Shown here piece by piece: positions 42,416 to 54,508 of a DNA stretch of 64,000 nt; positions within the stretch are counted from its first letter, which is position 1; every line of letters starts with the position of its first letter. The notes under the pieces are model-generated. The model saw only the letters and a list, made by a program, of their open reading frames with translations, had not been told where the DNA came from and did no database searches. Source of the DNA: Desulfobacteraceae bacterium (GTDB lineage Bacteria > Desulfobacterota > Desulfobacteria > Desulfobacterales > JAABSP01); contig JAABTM010000002.1 of the NCBI GenBank assembly GCA_011389855.1, positions 4,960-68,959 on the forward strand. Direction: 5' to 3'. The position numbers and the translations under genes were made by a program.

Positions 42416-44560
42416 TTATCCTCTCCGCCACGCCAGATACCGCTCCGCCCATTGTAACACATTTTTTGGGGCGTGGGCTTTTTTCCATTGCCCGGCCGCG
42501 GCCTTGTTGGCCTCGGCCAGGGTGGGATAGATGTGGATGGTGGAAAGAATTTTATTGAGCCCGAGGCCGTGCTTCATGGCGGCGACGTACTCGGCGATGA
42601 TGTCGCCGGCATGCGGGCCCACGATGGTCGCTCCGAGGATTTTGTCCGTCCCCGGCCTGGTCAGCACCTTGACCATGCCCCGGTCTTCGGATTCGGCGAT
42701 GGCCCGGTCCAGCTCGTCCATTGGGTAGGTCGTGACTTCGTATTCGACCCCCTGCTCTTTTGCGTCGGATTCGTTGAGGCCCACCCGTGCCACTTCGGGA
42801 TCAGTGAAGGTGGTCCAGGGGATAACCCGGTAATCCACCTTGAAGGACTTAAAGGCCCCGAAGAGCGCGTTGACCGTGGCGAACCATGCCTGGTGGGAGG
42901 CGGTGTGGGTGAACTGATAGGGACCGGCCGCGTCGCCGCAGCAGTAGATATTGGGGAAGTTCGTCTGGAGCAGATCGTCCGTCTCCACCGTCCCCCGCTG
43001 ACCGATGCGGACGCCTAGTTCCTCCAGGCCGAACCCCTTGACGTTGGGGGCCCGGCCCACCGCCACCAGGATGTTGTCGAAGGGAACCCGGACCTCCCGC
43101 TCGTCGTGTTCGCAGACCAGCACATGGCTCTCCCCTTCCCCGACCACTTCTTTGGCCTTGTGGTTCGCGAGCACCCGAACCCCCTCGGATTCAAAGACCT
43201 TGCCGATCATCTCCGAAACCTCCGGATCTTCGCGAACCAGGATGCGGGGGGCCATCTCCACCTGGGTTACCTCCGATCCGAACCGGGCGAAGGCCTGGGT
43301 CATCTCGCAGCCGATGGGGCCGCCCCCCAGCACCACCAGCCGTTTGGGCAGCTCCCGGAGGTTCCAGAGGGTGTCGGAGGTGAGGTAGTCGATCTTGTCC
43401 AGCCCGGGGATGGGCGGGATCATGGGCCGGGCGCCGGTGGCCACCACGATGCTCTTGGTCGTCAATGCCCGGCCGTTGACCGCCACGGTGTAGGGCGAGG
43501 TGATCCGGGCCTCGCCCAGGATGCACTCCACGCCCAGTTTCGTGTACCGCTCCACCGAATCGTGGGGTTCCACCTTCCGGATGATCCGGTGGACCCGCGC
43601 CATGACCTCGGCGAAATCGAAGTCCACCTCGGTCCGCTTGAAACCGAACTCCCCGGCCCGGCGGGCGTAAGAGAGCATCTTGGCGGACCGCAGCAGGGCT
43701 TTACTGGGGACGCACCCGGTGTTGAGGCAGTCGCCACCCATCTTCTCCTTTTCCACCAGGGCCACCCTGGCTTTGACCGTTGCGGCGATATAGGCCGACA
43801 CCAGCCCGGCCGATCCGGCGCCGATGACCACCAGGTTATAGTCGAATCGGTCCGGTTTGGAGAAGCCGGAGAGGACTCTTCGGGCCTGAATAAACGCCGC
43901 GGCCCGTTTGGCGATGAGAGGAAAAATCCCCAGCAGCGCAAAGGACAGGATCAGCCCCGGCGACAGGATGCCCCCCGCCGATTCGATCCCGGCCAGCTGG
44001 ACGCCGGCGTTGATGTAGACAAAGGTCCCCGGCAGCATGCCGATCTGGCTGACGAGGTAAAACGTCAGGGTCCGGATGGGGGTGAGGGCCATGGCCAGGT
44101 TGATGACGAAAAAGGGAAAGATCGGCACCAGCCGAAGCGTGAAAAGGTAAAAGGCCCCGTCCCGCTCCACTCCCTTGTTGATCTTCCGGAGCCGGTCGCC
44201 GAACCGGTTCTGGACGTAGTCCCGCAGCAGAAAGCGGGCGACGAGAAAAGCGAGGGCGGCGCCGATGGAACTGGCGAACGACACCACCAGCACCCCCAGC
44301 CACAATCCGAAGATGGCCCCGCCCACCAGGGACATGGCCGCGGCGCCCGGCAGGGAGAGAGCCGTGACCACCACGTAGACGACGAAGTAGACGGCGACGG
44401 TCATCAACCGATGATCGCCGTAGAACTGTTCGAATGCCTGCTGCCGGGCCTTGAAATAGTCGAGAGTGAGGTATTGATTGAGATCCAGGACGAAAAAGAG
44501 CACGGCCAGGGCCGCGATCACCAGAACGAGAATAAGTCGGAATCGGTTCTTTTTTTTCAT
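42416..44560 (-). CDS. fusion of a DedA/TVP38-TMEM64-type membrane domain with a class I pyridine nucleotide-disulfide oxidoreductase
   Basis: The N-terminal ~230 aa are polytopic (LPGAAAMSLVGGAIFG, FTLRLVPIFPFFVINLAMALT). The remainder has NLVVIGAGSAGLVSAYIAA (FAD fold), the redox-active GGDCLNTGCVPSK, an NAD fold (LVVLGGGPIGCEM) and a dimerisation domain. Confidence 0.85.
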   Translation of the reverse strand: MKKKNRFRLILVLVIAALAVLFFVLDLNQYLTLDYFKARQQAFEQFYGDHRLMTVAVYFVVYVVVTALSLPGAAAMSLVGGAIFGLWLGVLVVSFASSIGAALAFLVARFLLRDYVQNRFGDRLRKINKGVERDGAFYLFTLRLVPIFPFFVINLAMALTPIRTLTFYLVSQIGMLPGTFVYINAGVQLAGIESAGGILSPGLILSFALLGIFPLIAKRAAAFIQARRVLSGFSKPDRFDYNLVVIGAGSAGLVSAYIAATVKARVALVEKEKMGGDCLNTGCVPSKALLRSAKMLSYARRAGEFGFKRTEVDFDFAEVMARVHRIIRKVEPHDSVERYTKLGVECILGEARITSPYTVAVNGRALTTKSIVVATGARPMIPPIPGLDKIDYLTSDTLWNLRELPKRLVVLGGGPIGCEMTQAFARFGSEVTQVEMAPRILVREDPEVSEMIGKVFESEGVRVLANHKAKEVVGEGESHVLVCEHDEREVRVPFDNILVAVGRAPNVKGFGLEELGVRIGQRGTVETDDLLQTNFPNIYCCGDAAGPYQFTHTASHQAWFATVNALFGAFKSFKVDYRVIPWTTFTDPEVARVGLNESDAKEQGVEYEVTTYPMDELDRAIAESEDRGMVKVLTRPGTDKILGATIVGPHAGDIIAEYVAAMKHGLGLNKILSTIHIYPTLAEANKAAAGQWKKAHAPKNVLQWAERYLAWRRG

Positions 44561-44582
44561 AGCGTCGCCTCGTCTTATTCGG

Positions 44583-47324
<2,742 letters not shown>

Positions 47325-47385
47325 GGATGTCCTCCTTGTGGTCGCGTTGGATGGTTGGCGGGCGACGGGTTGGCGTCTCCCCGGC

Positions 47386-48894
47386 TCAACGGGCGTTTTT
47401 TCGATTATTATAGTCCGGCGCCGCGGGGGATGACAATTTATTTTCCCGGTCGCCCGCCGCCCGTGCCGCCTCGGGGCCCCGCAGAAAGCTGACCGCCACG
47501 CCGATGCCGGCCACAAGAGCCCCGGCCAGCATGGCCATGCGGAAGGCGGTCATGAAGATAGGTTCCAAGTTGGGCCTGTAAGTCTTGAACGGCTCGCCGC
47601 CCGACAGATCGTAGAACAGGCTGTTGAACAGGGTTCCGGCCAGGGCGATCCCCGCCACCATGCCCAGATTTCGGGCCGCCGCCGTGGTGGCCGCCGCGAT
47701 CCCCCTACAGTTCCGGGGAACGGCGCTCATGATGACAGCGGTGTTGGGCGAGATGAAAACGGCTGTGCCGATGCCCGCCAGGACCATGGGCCAGGCAATG
47801 GCGATGTCGCCGCTGCCGGGCGTGAGGCGCGACAGCGAATAAAGGGCGGTCGCCAGGATGGCCATCCCCATGGTGCAAAGGGCGCGGGAGCCCATGTGAT
47901 CGGACAGATGGCCGGAAACCGGCGCCACGACGAACAGGCAGATGAACGGCATGACCATGAGGTGGCCGGTGTGGCTCACGCTGCGCCCGGCCGGGTGCAT
48001 CAGGAAAAATGGCATCAGAAAGACAAGGGTGAACAGCCCCATGAAAAGAATCATGGCGGCGGCCACCGGCAGGGTGAACAGCCGGATGGTCAACAGCGAA
48101 GGCGACAGTATGGGCGGGTCGGCGCGGCGCTCCACCATCGCCAGCGCAACTCCGGACAGCAGGGAAACGGCGGCCGGAATCAGGACGGCGGGCGATCCGT
48201 ATCCCCAGTCGTAGGCGTGGGAAACGGCCATTAGGGCCGGGGCCAGGGTCAGCACCAGGAGAACGGCGCCGGCCCAGTCGAAGGGCTCGGACCGGACCTC
48301 GTCCGTGGGGCCGCCCCGGAGGATCCGGCCCGCAGCGGCGCCGGTAATCAGCCCGATGGGGATGTTGATGTAAAAAATGACCTGCCAGGAGGCCAAGTGG
48401 AGGATCCATCCTCCCAGGGCCGGCCCCAAAGTGAGTCCGGAGGCCACCACCGCGCCCACCATCCCCATGGCCCGGCCCCGCTCCGCCTGCGGGAAGACGT
48501 CGGCCACCAGGGCCTGGGTGCAGGCCATGATCATGGCGGCGCCCACCCCCTGAAACGCCCGGGCCGCGATGAGCCAGGCGGCGCTGTCGGCCGCGCCGCA
48601 AAAGAGCGACCCGGCGGAAAAGACCATCAATCCCCGGCTGTAGACCCATCGGCGGCCCTTGATGTCGCTCAACCGCCCGAAACTCAGCAGCAGGGAGGAA
48701 ACGGTGAGAAGGTAGATCATCGTAACCCACTCGATGACAACCATCTCCGAATCGAGTTCCGCCATGAGGGTGGGCAACGCCACATTGACGATGCTGCCGT
48801 CCAGGGTGGACATGAAGACGCCGACGGCGACCAGGGCGAAGACCAGCCATTTGTGGGGCGGTTGATGGGCGTTGTCCATATTTTTTTTTAACAT
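47386..48894 (-). CDS. MFS transporter, DHA2 (14-TM drug:H+ antiporter) type
   Basis: FMSTLDGSIVNVALPT, GRLSDIKGRRWVY and about 14 hydrophobic segments. Start is uncertain (48894 or 48879). Confidence 0.8.
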   Translation of the reverse strand: MLKKNMDNAHQPPHKWLVFALVAVGVFMSTLDGSIVNVALPTLMAELDSEMVVIEWVTMIYLLTVSSLLLSFGRLSDIKGRRWVYSRGLMVFSAGSLFCGAADSAAWLIAARAFQGVGAAMIMACTQALVADVFPQAERGRAMGMVGAVVASGLTLGPALGGWILHLASWQVIFYINIPIGLITGAAAGRILRGGPTDEVRSEPFDWAGAVLLVLTLAPALMAVSHAYDWGYGSPAVLIPAAVSLLSGVALAMVERRADPPILSPSLLTIRLFTLPVAAAMILFMGLFTLVFLMPFFLMHPAGRSVSHTGHLMVMPFICLFVVAPVSGHLSDHMGSRALCTMGMAILATALYSLSRLTPGSGDIAIAWPMVLAGIGTAVFISPNTAVIMSAVPRNCRGIAAATTAAARNLGMVAGIALAGTLFNSLFYDLSGGEPFKTYRPNLEPIFMTAFRMAMLAGALVAGIGVAVSFLRGPEAARAAGDRENKLSSPAAPDYNNRKNAR

Positions 48895-48989
48895 CGGTCG
48901 GTTAAAATAGCAAGTGATCTCCCGGTTCCAGAAGGCAAAGTACAAAAATCGGTTGAAGTTTTTGTCTTCATATCCTATGGTATTGGGAT

Positions 48990-49244
48990 ATGACTATGCT
49001 AAAGAACAGTTCAATTCGGATGAAGGATAAAGAGGAGGCCAATGTGACGGAGGAGATGGAAAACAACGCTCAGATCATCAAATCGCGGTTCCGGATGATG
49101 GGCGAAGGGAAGATCGACCAATCGGATATATCTCATTTAAGTGAAGCGAACATCCATGCCTTTCTGACCATTTCCGATCCTGATGGATGGCCCTCCGAAA
49201 TCGCCCATTTGAAAAAATACGTGAACGAAGAGACGGTCGCCTGA
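48990..49244 (+). CDS. hypothetical small protein (84 aa)
   Basis: Track ORF in a visibly AT-richer stretch. It has no long antisense competitor ORF and a charged, helical-looking sequence. No motif recognised. Confidence 0.4.
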   Translation: MTMLKNSSIRMKDKEEANVTEEMENNAQIIKSRFRMMGEGKIDQSDISHLSEANIHAFLTISDPDGWPSEIAHLKKYVNEETVA

Positions 49245-49284
49245 CCGGCGATTCGCTCCAACGCGCCACATCCACGGAGGTTGA

Positions 49285-49821
49285 ATGGATTTTGAACAGG
49301 ACCTGACATCCGACGAACAGCAGTTTCTCCGCACGCTCCATGACAGCGTCGGCGGCGATCCGGGCGGCAGCGCCTCCATGTACGCTGTGGGCGAGACCCT
49401 GGGCATGGACCGCGCCGGTGCGTCCCGAACCGCTGAAAATCTCATGAGCTGGGAACTGGTGGAGGTGCGGACTCTGTCCGGGGCCATCGGGGTGACCCCG
49501 GCCGGGGTGGACCTGGTCGGCGCATCGGGCCGCGGAGAGGCCGGCGCCGGCATTGGGAAGGGGCCCGTGATCGACGAAGCCGCCCGACGGCGCGTCGAGG
49601 CGATGGCCTGCGATTTGAAAAGCCGCATCGGCGGCATGGGTCTCGGGTACGAGCAACTCTCGGAATTGACCGCCGATTTAAAGACCATCGACGCCCAGAT
49701 GGGATCGCCCAGACCCAAAACCGCCGTTTTCCGGGCCTGTTTTGAATCCATCGGGGACGCGCTGTCCGAGGCCGGTCCGCCGGAGCTTCGATCCCGGATC
49801 CTGGATCTTCTCAACGCCTGA
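49285..49821 (+). CDS. hypothetical protein (178 aa), possible N-terminal winged-helix
   Basis: Track ORF co-directional with its neighbours. The N-terminal ~75 aa (FLRTLHD...MYAVGETLGMDRAGASRTAENLMSWELVEV) look wHTH-like. No firm family assignment. Confidence 0.5.
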   Translation: MDFEQDLTSDEQQFLRTLHDSVGGDPGGSASMYAVGETLGMDRAGASRTAENLMSWELVEVRTLSGAIGVTPAGVDLVGASGRGEAGAGIGKGPVIDEAARRRVEAMACDLKSRIGGMGLGYEQLSELTADLKTIDAQMGSPRPKTAVFRACFESIGDALSEAGPPELRSRILDLLNA

Positions 49822-49876
49822 CAAACAAAAGGGGCGGAAGCCCCGCTCCGGGCCAACCGACGACTGGAAATATCCG

Positions 49877-50368
49877 ATGGTACCGAAAAAAGCCTTTATC
49901 AATAAAAACAATCAGGCCACCTTTGTCTGCCCTTCCTGCGGGAGCGCCAAGGTCGTCGATGTCGCCAAGTTCCTGGCCATCAAGAAACCGGTCCGTTTCA
50001 AACGGAAATGCCGGTGCGGGGAGGTCACGCCGTTTCTGCTGGAACGGCGGCAGTACTATCGGAAGCCGGTGGATATCGAAGGAACCTGCCGGGTGCTGAA
50101 GCACAACGGTCGGATCGCCGTTCGCATCCGTAACCTTTCCCGGTCCGGGTTGAAAATCGACCTGCTGGAAGACAGCGACCTGGAGATCGGCGACAAGCTT
50201 TTCGTGGAGTTCCGGCTGGACAACAAACAGCGGACCCTGATCCAGCGGGAGGTGGTCATCCGGAAGATGTCCGGCCTGAGCCTGGGCACGGAATTCACCT
50301 CACGGGATCCCGGAAATCCCATCGACAAGGCATATGATCTGGCGATCGGTTTTTACACCTTCAGCTGA
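49877..50368 (+). CDS. PilZ-domain protein with N-terminal 4-Cys zinc ribbon
   Basis: CPSCG...CRCG ribbon, then the PilZ c-di-GMP motifs RRQYYR (RxxxR) and NLSRSG (N-x-S-x-x-G). Start MVPKKAF at 49877. Confidence 0.8.
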   Translation: MVPKKAFINKNNQATFVCPSCGSAKVVDVAKFLAIKKPVRFKRKCRCGEVTPFLLERRQYYRKPVDIEGTCRVLKHNGRIAVRIRNLSRSGLKIDLLEDSDLEIGDKLFVEFRLDNKQRTLIQREVVIRKMSGLSLGTEFTSRDPGNPIDKAYDLAIGFYTFS

Positions 50369-50390
50369 TTCCCCCTACCCCATAAACAAG

Positions 50391-51077
50391 GTGCGGGCCG
50401 TCTCCATCGTCATCCCGGTCCTCGACGAGGCCCGAACCATCAATGACGCCGTCGCCCGCCTCTACCGGGACGCCGGAGACCAGCGCATTGAAGTGATCGT
50501 CGTTGACGGCGATGTCCGGGCCGGCGCCTTGTCGGTCATCGCCGATCCACGGGTCGTTCAGGTCCACTCTCCCGCGGGACGGGGCAAGCAGATGAACGCC
50601 GGCGCCGCCCGGGCCGGCGGCGACCTTCTCCTCTTTTTACACGCCGACACGATTTTACCGCCGGGTGGGTTGAGGCTCGTTCAGCGAGCGCTCGCTGCAT
50701 CCGATAGGGTCGGCGGCGCTTTCGATCTGGGCATCGATTCCCGGCGGTTTTCACTGAAACTGATCGAAATCGTCGGCGGCATCCGCTCCCGGATCACCCG
50801 CCTCCCCTACGGCGACCAGGCCATCTTCATCAGAAAAAACCGGTTCGAACAGTTGGGCGGCTTTTCCGACGTCCCCCTCATGGAGGATGTGGACCTGATG
50901 CGCCGGATCAAGCGTCGGAAATGGCCCATCGCCATCCTGCCCCAAAAGGTTCGCACCTCCCCCAGAAGGTGGGAGCGAGAGGGGGTTCTTTACGGCGCCC
51001 TGAGAAACTGGACCCTCCTTACCCTCTACCTGATCGGCGTCTCTCCGGTCCGGCTGGCGCGATACTATCGGCGCTGA
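50391..51077 (+). CDS. GT2-family glycosyltransferase (small soluble type)
   Basis: VSIVIPVLDE, VIVVDGD, GRGKQMNAGA, LLFLHADT and LPYGDQAIF...MEDVDL motifs. GTG start at 50391 is preferred; the alternative ATG at 50334 would overlap the PilZ gene by 35 nt. Confidence 0.8.
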   Translation: MRAVSIVIPVLDEARTINDAVARLYRDAGDQRIEVIVVDGDVRAGALSVIADPRVVQVHSPAGRGKQMNAGAARAGGDLLLFLHADTILPPGGLRLVQRALAASDRVGGAFDLGIDSRRFSLKLIEIVGGIRSRITRLPYGDQAIFIRKNRFEQLGGFSDVPLMEDVDLMRRIKRRKWPIAILPQKVRTSPRRWEREGVLYGALRNWTLLTLYLIGVSPVRLARYYRR

Positions 51078-51137
51078 CCGCGAAATATTTCTTTACAATT
51101 CTATAATCCTGTGGAAATAATGGGCGCTTAACGTCTG

Positions 51138-52325
51138 ATGGCGGCCCCGTTCAGCCGTCTTATCTCCGCGGCTCGCAGGGGGACTTTGACTCCAACGAAA
51201 CATCCTTTCCGTACGCCAATGAATGCACGACGCGCCCTGAAAACACCGGTTCGGTTGAGTGACGCACCGACCTCCATCCGAGAAACTTTCGAAGAGCGGG
51301 AGCGCGGGTTTATCGCCCCCTACGGTTGCCCGAGCGCCGAATCCAAAGGCCGGCGGCGGGCCGAAACCCCCTGCCCTATCCGCACCGCCTTCCAGGTGGA
51401 CCGGGATCGCATCCTCTATTCCAACGCCTTCCGGCGGCTGAAGCACAAAACCCAAGTCTTTCTTTCCCCTCTGGGAGATCAGTACCGGACCCGGCTGACC
51501 CACACGCTGGAGGTGGCCCAGATCTCCCGGACGGCGGCCCGGGCCATGCGCCTCAACGAGGACCTTGCCGAAGCCATCGCCATGGGCCACGACCTGGGCC
51601 ATACGCCCTTCGGCCACAGCGGTGAAACCGCATTGAAGGAGATTTTCTCCGGGGCGTTCGCCCACAACGCTCAGAGCCTTCGGGTGGTGGATATTCTGGA
51701 AAGGAAGGGAGAAGGGCTGAATCTCACCTGGGAGGTGCGGGACGGGATTCTGAAGCACTCCAAAGGGTACGGAAAGATAATCCCGGACAACCCCAACGAA
51801 CAACCCGCCACGGTGGAAGGCCGGATCGTCCGGGTGGCGGACATCATGGCCTACCTCAACCACGATCTGGACGACGCCATCCGCAGCCGGGTCATCAGCG
51901 CCGATCAGGCGCCCGAATCCTGCATCGCCGTGTTAGGGCGGAACCACTCGGAACGGGCCACCACCATGATCCGGGATCTGATTTTTTCCAGCCGTTTGGA
52001 GGGGGACGGTTTCAAGCTGGACATGAGCGGGGAGGTCTACGGCGCCATGACCCAGCTTCGCCATTTTCTCTATGAAAACGTCTACCGGGCGACCGAAGTT
52101 CACGAGGAGTTCATCAAGGCCAAGAAGATCCTGTCGGACCTTTACGAGTATTTTATGAACAAACCGGAGATGCTCGCGGAAGAACTGGACAACATGGAGA
52201 TGCAGCCGTACGCCGGCAACGCCCTGCCCCACCAGCGGATCGTAGCCGACTTTATCGCCTCCATGACTGATCGATACGCCCTCGATCTCTACACCGCCTT
52301 GTTTCTTCCCTCCCCACTGGTATAA
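51138..52325 (+). CDS. dGTP triphosphohydrolase-like HD-domain protein
   Basis: FQVDRDRILYSNAFRRLKHKTQVF, THTLEVAQISR, GHDLGHTPFGHSGE and VADIMAYLNHDLDDA motifs. Start is uncertain (51138 or 51219). Confidence 0.85.
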   Translation: MAAPFSRLISAARRGTLTPTKHPFRTPMNARRALKTPVRLSDAPTSIRETFEERERGFIAPYGCPSAESKGRRRAETPCPIRTAFQVDRDRILYSNAFRRLKHKTQVFLSPLGDQYRTRLTHTLEVAQISRTAARAMRLNEDLAEAIAMGHDLGHTPFGHSGETALKEIFSGAFAHNAQSLRVVDILERKGEGLNLTWEVRDGILKHSKGYGKIIPDNPNEQPATVEGRIVRVADIMAYLNHDLDDAIRSRVISADQAPESCIAVLGRNHSERATTMIRDLIFSSRLEGDGFKLDMSGEVYGAMTQLRHFLYENVYRATEVHEEFIKAKKILSDLYEYFMNKPEMLAEELDNMEMQPYAGNALPHQRIVADFIASMTDRYALDLYTALFLPSPLV

Positions 52326-52357
52326 GAGCCTATCCGTCAAGGCCCGCCCCCTGTGCC

Positions 52358-53422
52358 CTATCCTGTGCCATAAGGCCGCACCCGATCCCGAATGCGGCCC
52401 GATGCCGCCGCCTCCGCGAAGGATTCGGCGAGTCGCTCCCCCATTTCGGCGGCCTGGCGCCAGTAGGCGATCCGTTCTTTATCCCGCCCGAAAAAGGTCC
52501 AAAAGTCATCGCGGTCGGGTATTTTACCATGGGGTAATCGATCCAGAAACGCCTGGGAGGGCGACGCCATCAGGGTATGATCCAGATGGAGGGGCCGTCG
52601 CCGCCGGAGCTGTTTGTCGAGCCATCCGGGGATAATCCGGTTTGTGTAGTGAGGGATGAGGACGATCCCTTTTTCAGGTGAAAACGGCAGATCCATGTGG
52701 TAGTCGGTCACTCCGCCGTCCCGATACATGCCCGGAGGGGCGTCGGGAATTGAAGGGACGCCGGACATGACCAGGGGAATGGCGCCGGATGCCAGAAGGG
52801 CGGGTTTCAGATTTCTCCGGGAGAGGGGTATGTGGCGGGTCGGCAGGCCGTCGCGGCCGGAGATGGGCAGGGTTCCACGTGGATCATGGAAAACCATTCG
52901 GTCGAAAAAGAGGCCGAGGAGCCGCCGATGGAGGGCGTTCCCCAGGAAGGCCGCCGCCATCCCGGCGCCCTGGAGATACCGTTTTTCCGAGGTCGTCATC
53001 CCATTGCGGCTTCGCGCCGCCAAGACATGGAGCCGGAGGAACGGGTGATGAAGGATCTCTTCTTCGCCATTACCGCCCAGCAACCGGTCCAGTATCCGCC
53101 GTGCCTGACGGCTTACCTCGGCCGGCGGCGGCTTCGATTTGTACCGTTGCCGGATGTAGGCGTCTTCAAACCGGTCTATGGCCGACAATGGATCGGCCTG
53201 GGCCGATGCGGCGAAACGCCAGGCGCCGGAGGAAGAGCCGACCAGATGAAGGGGCGTCTTTCGGTCCCGAAACCAATGGGAGAACAGCCATCGGTCCAGG
53301 CGGCCCAGGATCAACCATTTGGGACCGCCGGCGGCGCCGGCGACGACCTCCACCGTCTCCGGCTGAAGCCCTCCGTCCCGAATCCGTTTTAGCGCGCCAG
53401 GCCCGGCATAAAAATCGAGCAT
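52358..53422 (-). CDS. patatin-like phospholipase family protein
   Basis: Oxyanion-like AGAAGGPKW, nucleophile elbow GSSSGAW (GxSxG) and catalytic DGGVTDY (DGG). GGGAGG SD 4-5 nt upstream of the ATG. Confidence 0.7.
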   Translation of the reverse strand: MLDFYAGPGALKRIRDGGLQPETVEVVAGAAGGPKWLILGRLDRWLFSHWFRDRKTPLHLVGSSSGAWRFAASAQADPLSAIDRFEDAYIRQRYKSKPPPAEVSRQARRILDRLLGGNGEEEILHHPFLRLHVLAARSRNGMTTSEKRYLQGAGMAAAFLGNALHRRLLGLFFDRMVFHDPRGTLPISGRDGLPTRHIPLSRRNLKPALLASGAIPLVMSGVPSIPDAPPGMYRDGGVTDYHMDLPFSPEKGIVLIPHYTNRIIPGWLDKQLRRRRPLHLDHTLMASPSQAFLDRLPHGKIPDRDDFWTFFGRDKERIAYWRQAAEMGERLAESFAEAAASGRIRDRVRPYGTG

Positions 53423-53640
53423 ATTGCCTCCCGATGGAACATTGCAAGCTGTCCAGACGCAAAGATCCGTCTCACCCCATCGGTATGTTTCGATGGGGAA
53501 GCCGCCGGAAGCACGCCCATGGCTTTTTTGAAAAGGGCGACTTCCGCCAGCGTGAGACGGATCTGTGGGGCGTCAAAAATGGGCATTCGCTTCCTTTAGA
53601 TCGGACAACGGCGCCGGTTTTCGGATGGGCTCTTAAATCG

Positions 53641-54123
53641 TCAGGTCTCGTCGTCCACATCCAGGGATTCGTCATCAGCGATTTTCAGAGGAGAGTTGAC
53701 CGGATCGATGGAGCCGGAATCTTCGAATTCGTCCTCTATATCGTCTTCCAGGAGTTCGTCGAGATCTTCGGAGTCTTCGTCCAGATCCTCCAGCATCTCC
53801 TCTTCCGCTTCGATCTCTTCCGCCAGAATCACCTGATCGTCGAAAAAAACATCCACGGACGATTTGTCCCCATCCCCTTCATAGAGATCGATTACGGCCT
53901 CCGCAAGCCGTTCGGCATAGGTTCGCGGGGGATAGAGGTTGACGGTATGGAGAACGGAGATCACTTTCCCGACCCCCCCCGGGATGGCCTGACGGATTTT
54001 TTCTGCATCATAGGACTGTTCGCATAGAAGGGAGAGCATCTCTTTATCGAGTTCGGCAAACTCGCTGATGGTCATGGTCTTCTCTTCTTCGTTCTTTGCA
54101 ATCGTATATTTCTGTTTCATCAC
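53641..54123 (-). CDS. hypothetical protein with extremely acidic C-terminal half
   Basis: Track ORF. AAGGAG SD, with the second codon (ATG at 54120) as the likely real start. The C-terminal ~70 aa are almost entirely D/E/L (EEIEAEEEMLEDLDEDSEDLDELLEDDIEDEFED). Confidence 0.6.
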   Translation of the reverse strand: MMKQKYTIAKNEEEKTMTISEFAELDKEMLSLLCEQSYDAEKIRQAIPGGVGKVISVLHTVNLYPPRTYAERLAEAVIDLYEGDGDKSSVDVFFDDQVILAEEIEAEEEMLEDLDEDSEDLDELLEDDIEDEFEDSGSIDPVNSPLKIADDESLDVDDET

Positions 54124-54157
54124 ATCGCTCCTTGAATGGGCGGCCGGCCATGCCGGC

Positions 54158-54508
54158 CTATTTTTCCTGTCCCTCTTTTTTCAACAACTCCTGATACCAG
54201 CACGAGAAATCGTACATGCCGCGGTACCGATCCTCGTCGTTGATCAGTCCCATCGCCATCTCCAGAACCCCGCTTCCGTATTGATTACTGTAGTTGTCGA
54301 AGGACAGGCTTTGGAGGAACTCCCGCATTAGCATTTTGGTGGTACGCCGGGTGGGGTCCCGCCGGATATCGATGGGATCCTTGGGCTCTAGGAACGGATC
54401 CCATTTCTCATACCCCCTTTTTAGAACGTGGTTCCGGCGCCGCTCCGACATGCCGTCCAACACGGCCCGTTTCCGAGCTTCAATCTCTTCGGGTGAAAAC
54501 TCATCCAT
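54158..54508 (-). CDS. hypothetical protein (116 aa)
   Basis: Track ORF. The start overlaps the upstream gene stop by 8 nt, which suggests translational coupling. No motif recognised. Confidence 0.6.
   Translation of the reverse strand: MDEFSPEEIEARKRAVLDGMSERRRNHVLKRGYEKWDPFLEPKDPIDIRRDPTRRTTKMLMREFLQSLSFDNYSNQYGSGVLEMAMGLINDEDRYRGMYDFSCWYQELLKKEGQEK

Noticed and set aside
51138-53422. dGTPase-like gene plus patatin-like lipase as a defence pair.
   Set aside because: The genes are convergent and so not co-transcribed. The HD protein has the ordinary Dgt-like housekeeping motifs, and there are no other defence hallmarks nearby.
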